A stretch of 62,237 nt of DNA, counting the filler. It is 7 parts of 7 records of this genome, joined end to end, with 100 filler letters (N's around TTAATTAATTAA, not from the genome) between each part and the next. Parts side by side here need not be neighbours in the genome. Positions count along the whole stretch, not along the records: positions 39,127 to 55,310 come from SRR31147125_27142; 6 more parts are not named here. One strand, written 5' to 3'. Shown one piece after another: positions 39,143 to 49,203 of this stretch. A program made the translations under genes and the position numbers. Positions within the stretch are counted from its first letter, which is position 1. Each line of letters opens with the position of its first letter. The notes under the pieces were generated by a model that worked only from the letters and a program-made list of their open reading frames with translations, searched no databases and had not been told where the DNA came from.

Positions 39143-40621
39143 ATGAATAGAATATACCCTTATATAGAAAACCCCTCTGAGCAATATGGTGCAACTCTTG
39201 AAATGGTGAATCATAACTTTTACTATGAAGCCGACTTAGCACATAATCCTGAGAAAAAGCCAGTTTGGACAGATGCATATCTTGATCCTGCAGGTCAGGG
39301 CTGGATGATATCATGTGTGTTTCCTGTCTATTACAATGAGTTTTTAGAGGGAGTTGCGGGAATTGATGTAACGATAAATTCATTTATATTAAATCTATTT
39401 GATAACAGGCTTCCTAACTATACAAATCTATTTGTTACGTCAAGTGATGGAGCCATTATTGCAATGAATCAAGGGATGGAAAAGATATTTGGTTTGGAAG
39501 AACTCAAGTCACATAAATATTTAACAGACATTGATTATACAGTGTTAAAACCAAAAAAGTTTATAGTAACTGATAATATGGATACAAAGTTAAAGAGAAT
39601 GATAGGAGAGATGTTTAGTCAAAAAATTAATTTAAGTAGAGTTGAAAGTGATGGAAAAAAATATCTAATTAATCAGCTTCCTCTTAAAACAGTGGATTGG
39701 CAACTATTTACATTAACTGATGAAGATGAACTTTTAAAATCAATCAAAGAGCAAAAAGAGTCATTTAATCGGGTGGGTTATTTTAGTTTATTGGCAGTAG
39801 TTATAGTGTATCTATTTTTTATACTTAGATTATTTGCTAAATATAAAGTTATATCAAATAGAGTGAGCCAACCATTAAAAATGTTATCATTTCAAACGAA
39901 AAATGTTGGGAAAAAGCTGCTTGATTCTGGCTTGCTTGATTCTGATATCGAGGAGATAGATAGCTTAAATGAGAACTTCAAACAGATGGCAAGTGAATTG
40001 AGAGAGAGAACCGAAGAAATTGTGCAAATTGAGGTTGAAAAACAGCAAAAAATTAAAGAAGCTGAAATGTATTATATGAATTCAATAACCGATCCTTTGA
40101 CAAACCTCTATAACAGACTTCGTATCGAGGAAATATTGGAATATGAAATAAACCAGTCTGAAAGATATGGACATCCATTATCGTTAATATTTCTTGATAT
40201 AGATAACTTTAAACTGATAAATGATACATACGGACATGATAAAGGCGATGAGGTTTTAATTGATATCGCAAATCTTTTACAGAGTAATTTGAGAGACTCT
40301 GATTCTGCTGGTAGGTGGGGTGGCGAGGAGTTTATAATTGTTTGTACAGATACTAGCCTTAAACAAGGAGCAGCTTTAGCTGAAAAGTTGAGAAGGATAG
40401 TTGAAGAGCATGAGTTTTTAACTGGGAAACATACGGGAAGCTTTGGTATAGCTGAGTTTAAAAATGGAGATACCAGACGTAGTTTAGTTCAAAAAGCTGA
40501 TTCGGCTATGTATGAAGCTAAAAAAACCTCCAAAAATGTTGTAATGGTTTTTTATGATGAAGAAGAGGTACAAGCTAAAGAAGAAAATAAAAAACAAGAA
40601 AAATTAGATAAAACAGAATAG
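39143..40621 (+). CDS. Sensor (Cache-HAMP) diguanylate cyclase, probably 5'-truncated
   Basis: WTDAYLDPAGQGW Cache motif, TM + HAMP, TDPLT.LYNR, DIDNFK.IND.YGH, RDSD I-site and GGEEF. Confidence 0.92.
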   Translation: MNRIYPYIENPSEQYGATLEMVNHNFYYEADLAHNPEKKPVWTDAYLDPAGQGWMISCVFPVYYNEFLEGVAGIDVTINSFILNLFDNRLPNYTNLFVTSSDGAIIAMNQGMEKIFGLEELKSHKYLTDIDYTVLKPKKFIVTDNMDTKLKRMIGEMFSQKINLSRVESDGKKYLINQLPLKTVDWQLFTLTDEDELLKSIKEQKESFNRVGYFSLLAVVIVYLFFILRLFAKYKVISNRVSQPLKMLSFQTKNVGKKLLDSGLLDSDIEEIDSLNENFKQMASELRERTEEIVQIEVEKQQKIKEAEMYYMNSITDPLTNLYNRLRIEEILEYEINQSERYGHPLSLIFLDIDNFKLINDTYGHDKGDEVLIDIANLLQSNLRDSDSAGRWGGEEFIIVCTDTSLKQGAALAEKLRRIVEEHEFLTGKHTGSFGIAEFKNGDTRRSLVQKADSAMYEAKKTSKNVVMVFYDEEEVQAKEENKKQEKLDKTE

Positions 40622-40627
40622 AGCTTT

Positions 40628-40662
40628 AAAAAATCCACTTCAGATGTTGAAGTGGATTTTTT
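40628..40662. terminator. Bidirectional terminator
   Basis: AAAAAATCCACTTCA-gatgt-TGAAGTGGATTTTTT between convergent genes. Confidence 0.85.
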
Positions 40663-40667
40663 GTAAT

Positions 40668-42134
40668 TTAGAAAAATATTTCGTCAATCTGTTTTTCATA
40701 TTCAGGATTTTTAGATTTGTAAATCAAAGTACCTATTACAAACGCTGATAATGAGATTAATAGAGTTAGAACAATTTGATGTGTTCCAAATACTCTTATT
40801 TTAGCAATAGTTAGGTATATAAATGTTATAACACCAACAAGCATAGAAAATATTGCTCCGCCAGCATTCGCCTTCCTCCAATATAGACCTAGTAGAATAG
40901 GCCATAAGAAAGCTGCCTGGAGTCCTCCAAAAGCAAATAGGTTAATCCAGACTAGTAGTTTAGGTGGATTAAAAGCTAGTAAAAAAACAATAGTTCCGAT
41001 AATTAATGTAGAGAAAAAAGTAATCCTTTTAATTTTATTATTTGAAATTTCTTTGCCCTTACTTAGATAGTTAATATATAAATCCTTGATAATAGCTGCA
41101 GACGCTAGTATTAACATTGAGTCAATAGTTGACATAGTAGCAGCAAGTGGCCCACCTATAAATATACCTGCAAGGAGTTTTGGCAGCGTTGTAAGGCTTA
41201 GAGTTGGAATGATTTTATCCCCAACAGTTAGATCAGGAGTAATGGCTATTCCCATAACAGCAATTAAGTGCATTCCTAGCATTAAAAATCCAACCACAAA
41301 AGTACCTATTATCATCGCGTTATGCATTGATTTAGAGTCCTTAAATCCCATACATCTAACTGATGTTTGAGGTAATCCAAGTACAGCAACTCCAACCAAT
41401 ATCCAGAATGATAATATAAATGGTTTAGCAATTTTACCCCCAGATGTTGGAGTTAATAAATCAGGACTAACATCTCCAACTGTATGCATGATGTTTTCCA
41501 TTCCGCCACCCTGCTTAAGGATAGCAACGAATAGGAAAACAACAGCAATCATCATAACGATACCCTGAATAGTATCAGTTAAAGTAACTGCTCTGAATCC
41601 ACCAAATGATGTGTATAGGATTACAACTACACCAAATATAACTAATCCAGTTTGGTAACTAAGACCTGTAGCTGTCTCGAATAATCTAGCTCCACCGATA
41701 AACTGTGCAATCATTGAAGCGGTAAAAAATATTAGTACAGCAACAGATGAAAGTATAACTACAATATCGCTGTTGTATCTGGCACGCAGATAGTCAGTAA
41801 TAGTAACAGCGTTTATTTTCCTAGAAATGATTGCGAATTTTTTACCTAATATTCCTAATGTAAGGAATGCAGTTGGTATCTGAATACAAGCTAACAATAC
41901 CCAACCAAGTCCCAATTTATAAGCTACACCAGGGCCTCCTATGAAGCTACTAGCACTAGCATATGTGGCAATTAGTGTCATTGCCAATACAAATCCACCC
42001 ATACTTCTATTTCCTATGAAATACTCTTCAATGAAACCACCTTTTGCCTTTAGCTCATTGGTTCTATAGGCTATATATAGCATGATTCCCAGATATATTA
42101 TTAGTGGAATTAATACCATTAATTTATCGTTCAT
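40668..42134 (-). CDS. panF: Sodium/pantothenate symporter
   Basis: EYFIGNRSMGGFVLAMTL.ATY.SASSFIGGPG; SSS-family topology; preceded by a yhdT-like gene. Confidence 0.92.
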   Translation of the reverse strand: MNDKLMVLIPLIIYLGIMLYIAYRTNELKAKGGFIEEYFIGNRSMGGFVLAMTLIATYASASSFIGGPGVAYKLGLGWVLLACIQIPTAFLTLGILGKKFAIISRKINAVTITDYLRARYNSDIVVILSSVAVLIFFTASMIAQFIGGARLFETATGLSYQTGLVIFGVVVILYTSFGGFRAVTLTDTIQGIVMMIAVVFLFVAILKQGGGMENIMHTVGDVSPDLLTPTSGGKIAKPFILSFWILVGVAVLGLPQTSVRCMGFKDSKSMHNAMIIGTFVVGFLMLGMHLIAVMGIAITPDLTVGDKIIPTLSLTTLPKLLAGIFIGGPLAATMSTIDSMLILASAAIIKDLYINYLSKGKEISNNKIKRITFFSTLIIGTIVFLLAFNPPKLLVWINLFAFGGLQAAFLWPILLGLYWRKANAGGAIFSMLVGVITFIYLTIAKIRVFGTHQIVLTLLISLSAFVIGTLIYKSKNPEYEKQIDEIFF

Positions 42135-42390
42135 TTTTATCCTCCTCTAGAGGGATTTCTTTAAAGAAAATTTTTACCACAAAATAGACTGATATCGAGA
42201 AAACTATAAATCCTAAGACACAACTATAGAAAAACCATTCTGGTAATCCAAACACATAGTTGTAGCTAGCTGGATCTTTATCTCCCATACCATATGCAAA
42301 AGCATACCACCAAATAAAATAAGCAGCGTACATTATAACAGTAATGATAGCTTCTTTTTTTATCTGTTTTCTAATATCACTTTTATTCAT
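42124..42390 (-). CDS. yhdT: YhdT/DUF997 small membrane protein
   Basis: Two TM helices, GLPEWFFYSC, F.EIPL; overlaps the panF start. Confidence 0.85.
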   Translation of the reverse strand: MNKSDIRKQIKKEAIITVIMYAAYFIWWYAFAYGMGDKDPASYNYVFGLPEWFFYSCVLGFIVFSISVYFVVKIFFKEIPLEEDKNER

Positions 42391-42544
42391 TATCTTATCC
42401 TTTCATAACATTAAATTTGAACTTTGAAATTATACTACTAATTAGAAGTAATTTCAACCTTTTTTTGTACTAGTTAGTAGTAATTTTGTTTTGGTATCCT
42501 AGAGGTTAATGTATTAAAGAGGTTTTGAAAATAATAGATATGCC

Positions 42545-42575
42545 TTGACTTAAAGTTTACTTGAAGTGGTATACT
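42545..42575 (+). promoter_or_regulatory. MerR-type promoter with 19-bp spacer and dyad operator
   Basis: TTGACT-19 nt-TATACT enclosing ACTTaAAGT-TT-ACTTgAAGT. Confidence 0.75.
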
Positions 42576-42615
42576 GAATTTGAAATAAATTTTATCAAAA
42601 GGAGAGATTAAAAAT

Positions 42616-42831
42616 ATGGAGCAAATATTAAGTAAAGTAATCATGGTGTTTATAATGACGGCGATAATTTCATTTACCTTAAGTGCAGTGAATTTAGGCG
42701 TAAATATTGAAATGCTTTCGAAATGGTTAAAAACATGGGTAACGGTTTTCTGTCTTGTGTTACCTTTAAGTTTTGTATTACCACCGCTATGTAATCGTTT
42801 ATCTCGGAAATTAATTAAGGTCTTCTCATAA
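42616..42831 (+). CDS. Small two-TM membrane protein (DUF2798-like)
   Basis: GGAG RBS; M..IMT.IIS...N.G......WL..W.......P pattern. Confidence 0.7.
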   Translation: MEQILSKVIMVFIMTAIISFTLSAVNLGVNIEMLSKWLKTWVTVFCLVLPLSFVLPPLCNRLSRKLIKVFS

Positions 42832-42845
42832 GTTATTATTAATTT

Positions 42846-42892
42846 AAACAGCTCTCTAGGTGATTAATATTCAATCGCTTAAAGAGCTGTTT
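42846..42892. terminator. Bidirectional terminator-like hairpin
   Basis: AAACAGCTCT...AGAGCTGTTT between convergent genes. Confidence 0.65.
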
Positions 42893-42904
42893 TGCTAATT
42901 ATCC

Positions 42905-43222
42905 TTAACTTTTTTTGTCTAAATATTCAATAACTTCATTTATTAAGAAGTTATTTTCTACTGTGGCTTCATCAATCTCAACTATTTTTCTACTTTTATA
43001 GTAGTTAGCTTTTGAGAATGGGTCGTTTTCAACATACTTCTTTGCTTCTTCTAGCGAGTTACTAGATATTATCATAAGTGCTGTACCGTCATGAGCAGGA
43101 CCACAGAATGGCAAAACATTCTTTTCTTTAAGTGTCTTAAGATAGTTAGCATGAGCAATAACTAAGTTCTTTGTCATTAATTCTCTTTGTTTATCTGATA
43201 AATGTACTATAAATTTTTTCAT
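42905..43222 (-). CDS. YciI-family protein
   Basis: AH..YL, CGP..DG, EEAK..VENDPF. Confidence 0.8.
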   Translation of the reverse strand: MKKFIVHLSDKQRELMTKNLVIAHANYLKTLKEKNVLPFCGPAHDGTALMIISSNSLEEAKKYVENDPFSKANYYKSRKIVEIDEATVENNFLINEVIEYLDKKS

Positions 43223-43252
43223 TATGCTATCTCCTTGGTTAAAATTTTGATT

Positions 43253-43789
43253 TTATTGTGCTACATATAGAATTTCATAAACTTTGCCATTAATAATGCT
43301 ATTTTTATCAAGATCATTTATTAGGTAAAGTACATGATATTTCCACTTATCTGGGTTGTAAATTACTATATACTCTGTTTCTTCAATATCCTGTATCTCA
43401 CTTTTGATCTTCTCTTCAAGATTATTCAATGACTTTCTAACTTTGATCTCTTTAACTATTTCAACTACGTATTTCTTCTCTTTTATGTTACTTTTCATTG
43501 TATTTATTAAAGGTATCCCTATATTTACATGTTGCCATCCAAAGGAATTAAGGATGTTGTCATAAGAGCCTTTAAATAAAAAATTATTTAACCCCTTGCT
43601 ATCATCCCATAAATATAGAGGTGCATAACTATTTTTATTATTACTTTTTCCTTTTTCTCCTATTAGATATAACTTAAAATTTAATCCCTCAAAACCATTC
43701 ATTTTATGACCACTATTTTTGACTCTTTCTCTGATTATATTCATGTCATAATTATCAGCTAAGATTATTTTATACTGTGCAGCTATCAT
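43253..43789 (-). CDS. DUF4865-like protein
   Basis: MIAAQYKIIL.DNYDM.IIRERV..G.K..GF.GL.FK.Y; YAPLYLW; start with AGGAG RBS at 43789. Confidence 0.7.
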   Translation of the reverse strand: MIAAQYKIILADNYDMNIIRERVKNSGHKMNGFEGLNFKLYLIGEKGKSNNKNSYAPLYLWDDSKGLNNFLFKGSYDNILNSFGWQHVNIGIPLINTMKSNIKEKKYVVEIVKEIKVRKSLNNLEEKIKSEIQDIEETEYIVIYNPDKWKYHVLYLINDLDKNSIINGKVYEILYVAQ

Positions 43790-43932
43790 TTTTATCACTC
43801 CTATATTTTTACGAAATAAATAAGTAATGCTTCTAATATAGTATATAATAGCAATATGCATTTGTAAAATTAATAATTTTAATTTATAATATGAAGAAAA
43901 GTTCATGTATGGTGGAGAAGAGGGGGAAATTC

Positions 43933-44808
43933 ATGACGTTAACACAAATTGAAGTATTTGTAACAATAGCAAAACTAGGTAATTTTACAAAAGCTGGAGA
44001 AGAGTTAGGTATGAGTCAATCAGCTGTAAGTCACTCAGTGTCTAAGCTGGAAGATTATTTGAATACTAAATTATTTCAAAGATCTAAGACAGGTGTTTAT
44101 CTTACACCTATGGGGGAAAGCATATATGAGTATATGGACTCGATTATGAAAAATTTACTTTTAGTAGAAAATGAGGTGAAATCAACTATAAAACTATCTG
44201 CAACAACACTCAAAATAGGAGCATTTCAAAGTATCTCTATCTCAATTTTACCAAAGGTTTTTAAACTATTTAAACAGATATATCCTCAAATAGATTTTGT
44301 TCTCTTTGAAGGGACAGAACATGAAATAATTGAGTGGATAGAAAATGATACAATTGATTTAGGTTTTATCACTTTACCTCATGAAAAATATGATTCAGTA
44401 TTTATTATTCAGGATGAGATTTTAGTTGTTCTTCCAGAAAAACATAAATTGGCAAAATACAAGTCAATAGAAATAGATGAATTAAAAAATGAAGATTTGA
44501 TTATGCCTATTGATGACTGCGATATATTAAGAAGCGGGAAAACTAAAGAGCTGCTTTTAGATGTAAAATATCGAATTTCTAATCTTAATACAATACTTGA
44601 AATGGTTAAGGAACAATTAGGAATAACTATTTTTCCTAAGTTGACTATAAACAATACAACAAATGAGCGATTATCAACATGCTCATTTAATCCACCTTTA
44701 TATAGAAAAATAGGGATCATCTCTAAAGAGAAAATATCGGATAGCACAATAAAAAGAATATTTATGGAAAAAACAAAACACATTGTTAAAATAAATAAGT
44801 TGATGTAG
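43933..44808 (+). CDS. LysR-family transcriptional regulator
   Basis: GNFTKAGEELGMSQSAVSHSVSKLE HTH plus substrate-binding domain. Confidence 0.93.
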   Translation: MTLTQIEVFVTIAKLGNFTKAGEELGMSQSAVSHSVSKLEDYLNTKLFQRSKTGVYLTPMGESIYEYMDSIMKNLLLVENEVKSTIKLSATTLKIGAFQSISISILPKVFKLFKQIYPQIDFVLFEGTEHEIIEWIENDTIDLGFITLPHEKYDSVFIIQDEILVVLPEKHKLAKYKSIEIDELKNEDLIMPIDDCDILRSGKTKELLLDVKYRISNLNTILEMVKEQLGITIFPKLTINNTTNERLSTCSFNPPLYRKIGIISKEKISDSTIKRIFMEKTKHIVKINKLM

Positions 44809-44830
44809 AAAATTACATCAACTTATTTAT
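44791..44830. terminator. Bidirectional terminator
   Basis: ATAAATAAGTTGATGTA-gaaaat-TACATCAACTTATTTAT. Confidence 0.75.
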
Positions 44831-44845
44831 AAAATTATTAATTAT

Positions 44846-45391
44846 TTAGATATCTTCATTTTTTATATACTCTAGAGCATCTGTTATCCACTCTTTTTCA
44901 GTGATAAAGAGTTTTCTATCATGTTCGATAAAAAAACTGTATCTTTTTTTGTCAGAATTATCTTCATCAAGTGAATTAATATAATTACTCATCTTTGCTA
45001 ATTTTTCATCGATTATCTTAATTGCTTGAGCCGCTAATTCATCTATTTCTTCAATGGACTTACGTTTGTTAAATTTTAGAGCTAATTTAAATCCAAAGAA
45101 TTTTGGATAAATACCAAGAAATGCTTCTTCTTGCAACGAATCAAACATTTTTTTGCCTTTTTCAGTAGTTTTGTATAATATTTTTTTAGGATAATTACCA
45201 ATTTGAACCTCCTCAACAGGTTCAATAGCCATTTGCTTCTCTAATTGCTTCAGAGCATTATAAATAGAAGGTTTTTTTACATCTGTCCATTCATCAATTT
45301 TATTATAATCTAAATATTGAAAAATATCATAACCACTTGCGGGCTCTAGTATTTCCAGGGAACCTAATACTATCATTTTAGCTAACTGCAT
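44846..45391 (-). CDS. PadR-family transcriptional regulator
   Basis: LG.L...P.SGYDI, SIYNALKQLEK, K.LY.TTEKG. Confidence 0.88.
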   Translation of the reverse strand: MQLAKMIVLGSLEILEPASGYDIFQYLDYNKIDEWTDVKKPSIYNALKQLEKQMAIEPVEEVQIGNYPKKILYKTTEKGKKMFDSLQEEAFLGIYPKFFGFKLALKFNKRKSIEEIDELAAQAIKIIDEKLAKMSNYINSLDEDNSDKKRYSFFIEHDRKLFITEKEWITDALEYIKNEDI

Positions 45392-45431
45392 CTCGTTATC
45401 CTTTCCAAGTAAATTTTAAAATCAATCTCTT

Positions 45432-45971
45432 CTACTGTTTAATTTTATCTGTTAATTCAAGGGCTTTCACAAGAATTTCATCTAAATAATCATTTGTTTT
45501 TTTAATTTTTGAAGCGGAAGCAATTGCATCAATTTCAATATCTTTATGTTTCCATTTATTTGAATCCGCTGTATATAATAGGAGTATCTTGTCTTTATTA
45601 CTTTCATATTTTGTTAAAAATTCGTGTGAATCTTTTTGAATTTTTCCTGATTCAACTGTTGTGAAAATAATTATACCATCCCAATCTGATTTTTTCAAAG
45701 TAAATAGTTGAGTTACATCAATTACATGTATTTGAATATTTTTTGTTTTAAGTTCATCGATTAATTTTTCAGTAACGATCTCTTTAAATTTACTTTTTTG
45801 AGTAGCAATTACAAGCTTAGGTGAGGTTATTTTTTCATTTACAATTATCTCTTCCGCAACCCCTTGCGATTTTAGAACTTTGTAAGTTAAAGCTCCTGTA
45901 ATAAATAATATTACTAAAATACAAATTCCAATTAAACTTTTGTTTAAAATTGATAATTTTCTTAATTTCAT
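45432..45971 (-). CDS. Hypothetical membrane-anchored protein
   Basis: Single N-terminal TM helix followed by an alpha/beta domain; AGGAGG RBS. Confidence 0.6.
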   Translation of the reverse strand: MKLRKLSILNKSLIGICILVILFITGALTYKVLKSQGVAEEIIVNEKITSPKLVIATQKSKFKEIVTEKLIDELKTKNIQIHVIDVTQLFTLKKSDWDGIIIFTTVESGKIQKDSHEFLTKYESNKDKILLLYTADSNKWKHKDIEIDAIASASKIKKTNDYLDEILVKALELTDKIKQ

Positions 45972-46042
45972 AGCAATGCCTCCTAATTTGATTTTATATA
46001 TTTAAGCTAGCTTAATATAAATATATCACAATAAAATCAATT

Positions 46043-46070
46043 AGTCAACTTTTACTAGTAAAAGTTGACT
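46043..46070. promoter_or_regulatory. Perfect 28-bp palindrome over a -35 element; candidate PadR operator
   Basis: AGTCAACTTTTACT|AGTAAAAGTTGACT; minus-strand TTGACT-17-TATATT points at 45971/padR. Confidence 0.65.
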
Positions 46071-46154
46071 TGAGCTAAAAAAGTAAATTAATGTAAAAAA
46101 TTACAACAATTTATTCAAATCATGGTGGTTTATTACTTTAGTTTTCAGGAATAT

Positions 46155-46766
46155 CTATTCATTTGCTAAAAGTAGTTTTGTTGCAAGTGCAATGAAAATG
46201 AAACCAAAGCCTTGTTGTATTCTGATCGAAACCTTCTCTGAACTTAAAACTATTTCCTTGAAATAGTTTGCAAGAAGTGCATAAGCAATAAAGATAACAA
46301 AAGTTAGAAGAATAAAAAGAGCTCCCAAAATGATCATCTGCCCAAAATGTGGAGATCTATCATTGATAAATTGTGGTAGAAATGAGAAGAAAAATAGAGT
46401 TAGTTTGGGATTCAATAAGTTGATAAGTACTCCTTTTATTGCAATCTCCTTTAAGCTAGTTTTTCCCTCTTCGTCAGGAATAATTAGTTTAGAGCTTTCC
46501 CTAATCATTCCAATTCCCAAATATATTAGATAAAGTATTCCAGCGAATTTGATAAACCTAAAAATAAGAGAACCTGTGTATAAAATTGCTGATACTCCAA
46601 TTATCCCGGCAATTAAATGTGGTATCAAAGATAAGGTGCATCCAAGTGCTGCAACAATGGCACTCTTTCTATCCCTGCTAAGTCCAGTTGAAATTGTATA
46701 GATTACACCTGTTCCAGGAATTAAAATTACTACTAATGACGTTATTAAAAAATCAATGCTTATCAT
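46155..46766 (-). CDS. LysE/RhtB-family translocator
   Basis: LIPGTG, G..YL.YLG, NLLNPK..LFF..FLPQF. Confidence 0.9.
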   Translation of the reverse strand: MISIDFLITSLVVILIPGTGVIYTISTGLSRDRKSAIVAALGCTLSLIPHLIAGIIGVSAILYTGSLIFRFIKFAGILYLIYLGIGMIRESSKLIIPDEEGKTSLKEIAIKGVLINLLNPKLTLFFFSFLPQFINDRSPHFGQMIILGALFILLTFVIFIAYALLANYFKEIVLSSEKVSIRIQQGFGFIFIALATKLLLANE

Positions 46767-46965
46767 AAAATATCCTCCTTTAGTTTGATTTACTTTAGTA
46801 AACCATCTTTTATAATTCTTTTTTTAAGAATTATTGACATTACACAAAGCTATCTATATAATTATATCAAGAAGAATTGGATTGGTGTAGAGCCAAAGAA
46901 TATAAAAAACAATAGAGCCAATTTTGAATGGATATTGTGACTATTGTTTTAGCTAGGAATATGAG

Positions 46966-48369
46966 GTGGTTACAGTGTATATTGAGATATCAAGAAACTC
47001 AGATGAAACTTTGACAAAGCAAATTTACAAAGGAATTAAATATAAGATTTTAGAGGGTAGCTTGACGAAAAACGAAAGGTTGCCATCCACCAGAGACTTA
47101 TCTAAAACCTTAGGAGTATCTAGAAATGTTGTTGCAGAAGCCTATGAGCAACTGTTTATTGAGGGGTATGTAGAGAGTAAACAAGGATCAGGAACATTTG
47201 TAGTGGAGATACAGTATCTGGAGAATTTAGCTTTGAAACCTAATAAACATGCTAAGAAGAGCCATAAGGAAAGTGAAAATATAATTGATTTTAAAAGTGG
47301 AATTCCAGAGTTGACATTATTTCCTAAAAAACTCTGGGGAAAGATATACAATGAAATTTGTAATACTTGTCCTCCAGAAACTTTGGGTTATCATTCATCG
47401 CAAGGTGATATAGAGCTGCGAACGACTCTGGTAGAGTATCTGTACAAGGTAAGAGGTGTTTGTTGCTCAGCAAATCAAATAGTTATAACCACAGGAGCTG
47501 CACAGGCTTTTTCATTGATTAGCAGACTTCTTTTGAGAGAGGGTGATGTGGTAATAACTGAGGACCCTTTTAACAAAGATATATTTACGAACATATATAA
47601 CACAGGAGCCAGTATTTTTCCAGTTTCAGTAGATGAGAATGGTATGAACACAAAGGAATTACCTGAAAATATTGAGGCAAAATTAATTTTTCTCACGCCT
47701 TCCCATCAGTTTCCATTAGGGGGAGTACTACCTATTAAGAGGCGTATAGAGATAATAAACTACGCTAGATTGAATAATACCTATATTATAGAGGATGATT
47801 ATGACAGTGAATTTAGATTTAACGGTTCTCCAATTGCATCCTTTCAGAGTTTAGCACCTGAAAAAGTTATTTATATAGGTACGTTTAGTAAGATTTTGAG
47901 TCCAGCACTTAGAATAGGCTATATTATTTTACCTGAAGAGTTAGTTGATAAATTTTTGAAAGTAAAATTTGAAGAAGATTTACATTCACCGATACTAGAG
48001 CAATTAGCTTTAAAAGAGTTTATTCAAAATAAAGATTTGGAGAAACATATTAGAAAATCGAAAAAACTATATCATTCCAGGCAGAAGTTTATTAAAAAAT
48101 GTTTGAGTAATAACTTAGGAGATGAAATCAAAATATGGGGGACCTCAGCAGGAATCCATCTCGTTGTTGAGTTTAAAAACATTGAATTTGATAAAATTTT
48201 ACTTGAAAAAATAAAAAATAGAGGTGTAAAAGTTTATCCTGTGGAGATGCATGCAAAAACAAAAGGTAAACATACAAATAAAATAATTATGGGATATGGA
48301 CATTTGACCTATGAACAGATAGAAAAAGGAATAGAAATAATAAAAGAAGCTTTGCACAGTTATTTATAA
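46966..48369 (+). CDS. MocR/GabR-like GntR regulator with PLP-dependent aminotransferase domain
   Basis: LPSTRDLSKTLGVSRNVV wHTH; TPSHQFPLG; IIEDDYDSEF; GTFSK..PALRIGY. Confidence 0.93.
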   Translation: MVTVYIEISRNSDETLTKQIYKGIKYKILEGSLTKNERLPSTRDLSKTLGVSRNVVAEAYEQLFIEGYVESKQGSGTFVVEIQYLENLALKPNKHAKKSHKESENIIDFKSGIPELTLFPKKLWGKIYNEICNTCPPETLGYHSSQGDIELRTTLVEYLYKVRGVCCSANQIVITTGAAQAFSLISRLLLREGDVVITEDPFNKDIFTNIYNTGASIFPVSVDENGMNTKELPENIEAKLIFLTPSHQFPLGGVLPIKRRIEIINYARLNNTYIIEDDYDSEFRFNGSPIASFQSLAPEKVIYIGTFSKILSPALRIGYIILPEELVDKFLKVKFEEDLHSPILEQLALKEFIQNKDLEKHIRKSKKLYHSRQKFIKKCLSNNLGDEIKIWGTSAGIHLVVEFKNIEFDKILLEKIKNRGVKVYPVEMHAKTKGKHTNKIIMGYGHLTYEQIEKGIEIIKEALHSYL

Positions 48370-48382
48370 ATGTGCAAAGCTT
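48347..48382. terminator. Hairpin between convergent genes
   Basis: AAGCTTTGCACA...TGTGCAAAGCTT. Confidence 0.6.
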
Positions 48383-48420
48383 TGATTTTAAGATAGTAAA
48401 CTATAAATCTTGCTACTTTT

Positions 48421-49059
48421 TTAAGCGATACTCTCTTCTATTTTATCAAGTAGTTCATAAATCCCTTTTGAGCCAATAGTTTGAATTTTATCGTTGTAGA
48501 TAACTGTCGGAACACTTTTAATTCCAGCTTCTTCAGCTAGTTCTGGGAACAGCAAAACATCTATCATTTGAGCTGAAATTTTGTCATTTTTGATTGCTAA
48601 GTGTTGAGTATTTGATACAACCTCAGGACAGTGATGACAATCAAGAGTTACAAAGACCTTCAAATCCACTTCCTTATTTATATTGCTTACTCTATTTAAC
48701 ACGTCACTATCAAATGCCTGTCCGGCATTAGCAGTATTTAACAGCGTAATTACAAATGAGTTAATTTCATGACCGCCGGGAATTCCGTGGAATTTCCCTC
48801 CAGTAAATTTTCCTTCTGAATTAACAAAAGCCATAGCTGGTAGTTTATCAATATTATACTCGTTATATCTCGAATCATTTTTATCAGTGTGTTCAATGAT
48901 CAATTTATCTGATACAACTGATAGCTCATCTAAGAAACTCTTTAATTCATTAGAGCTTTTATTGTCTTCTGAAACAAAATTAACGATCTTAATCTCTTCG
49001 TTAACTTTCTCAAATACACCTGTTAGTTGATTAATTATATCTTGATTAAGTAATGACAT
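48421..49059 (-). CDS. Stand-alone AhpF N-terminal-domain-like double thioredoxin protein
   Basis: GIPGGHEINSF, CHHCPEVV and IKSVP motifs; no FAD/NADH module. Confidence 0.85.
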   Translation of the reverse strand: MSLLNQDIINQLTGVFEKVNEEIKIVNFVSEDNKSSNELKSFLDELSVVSDKLIIEHTDKNDSRYNEYNIDKLPAMAFVNSEGKFTGGKFHGIPGGHEINSFVITLLNTANAGQAFDSDVLNRVSNINKEVDLKVFVTLDCHHCPEVVSNTQHLAIKNDKISAQMIDVLLFPELAEEAGIKSVPTVIYNDKIQTIGSKGIYELLDKIEESIA

Positions 49060-49203
49060 GGTTATTCCCTCCTGGTTGATTTTAATATTTGAATTTTCTT
49101 GTATATATTTCCCCTATAATTAGCTTTTTTTATAAAGTTCTGATGCTCATAAGCACCAGAACTTTATATTTAAAAAGAGATAAATCCACATTATAATGTT
49201 TTA

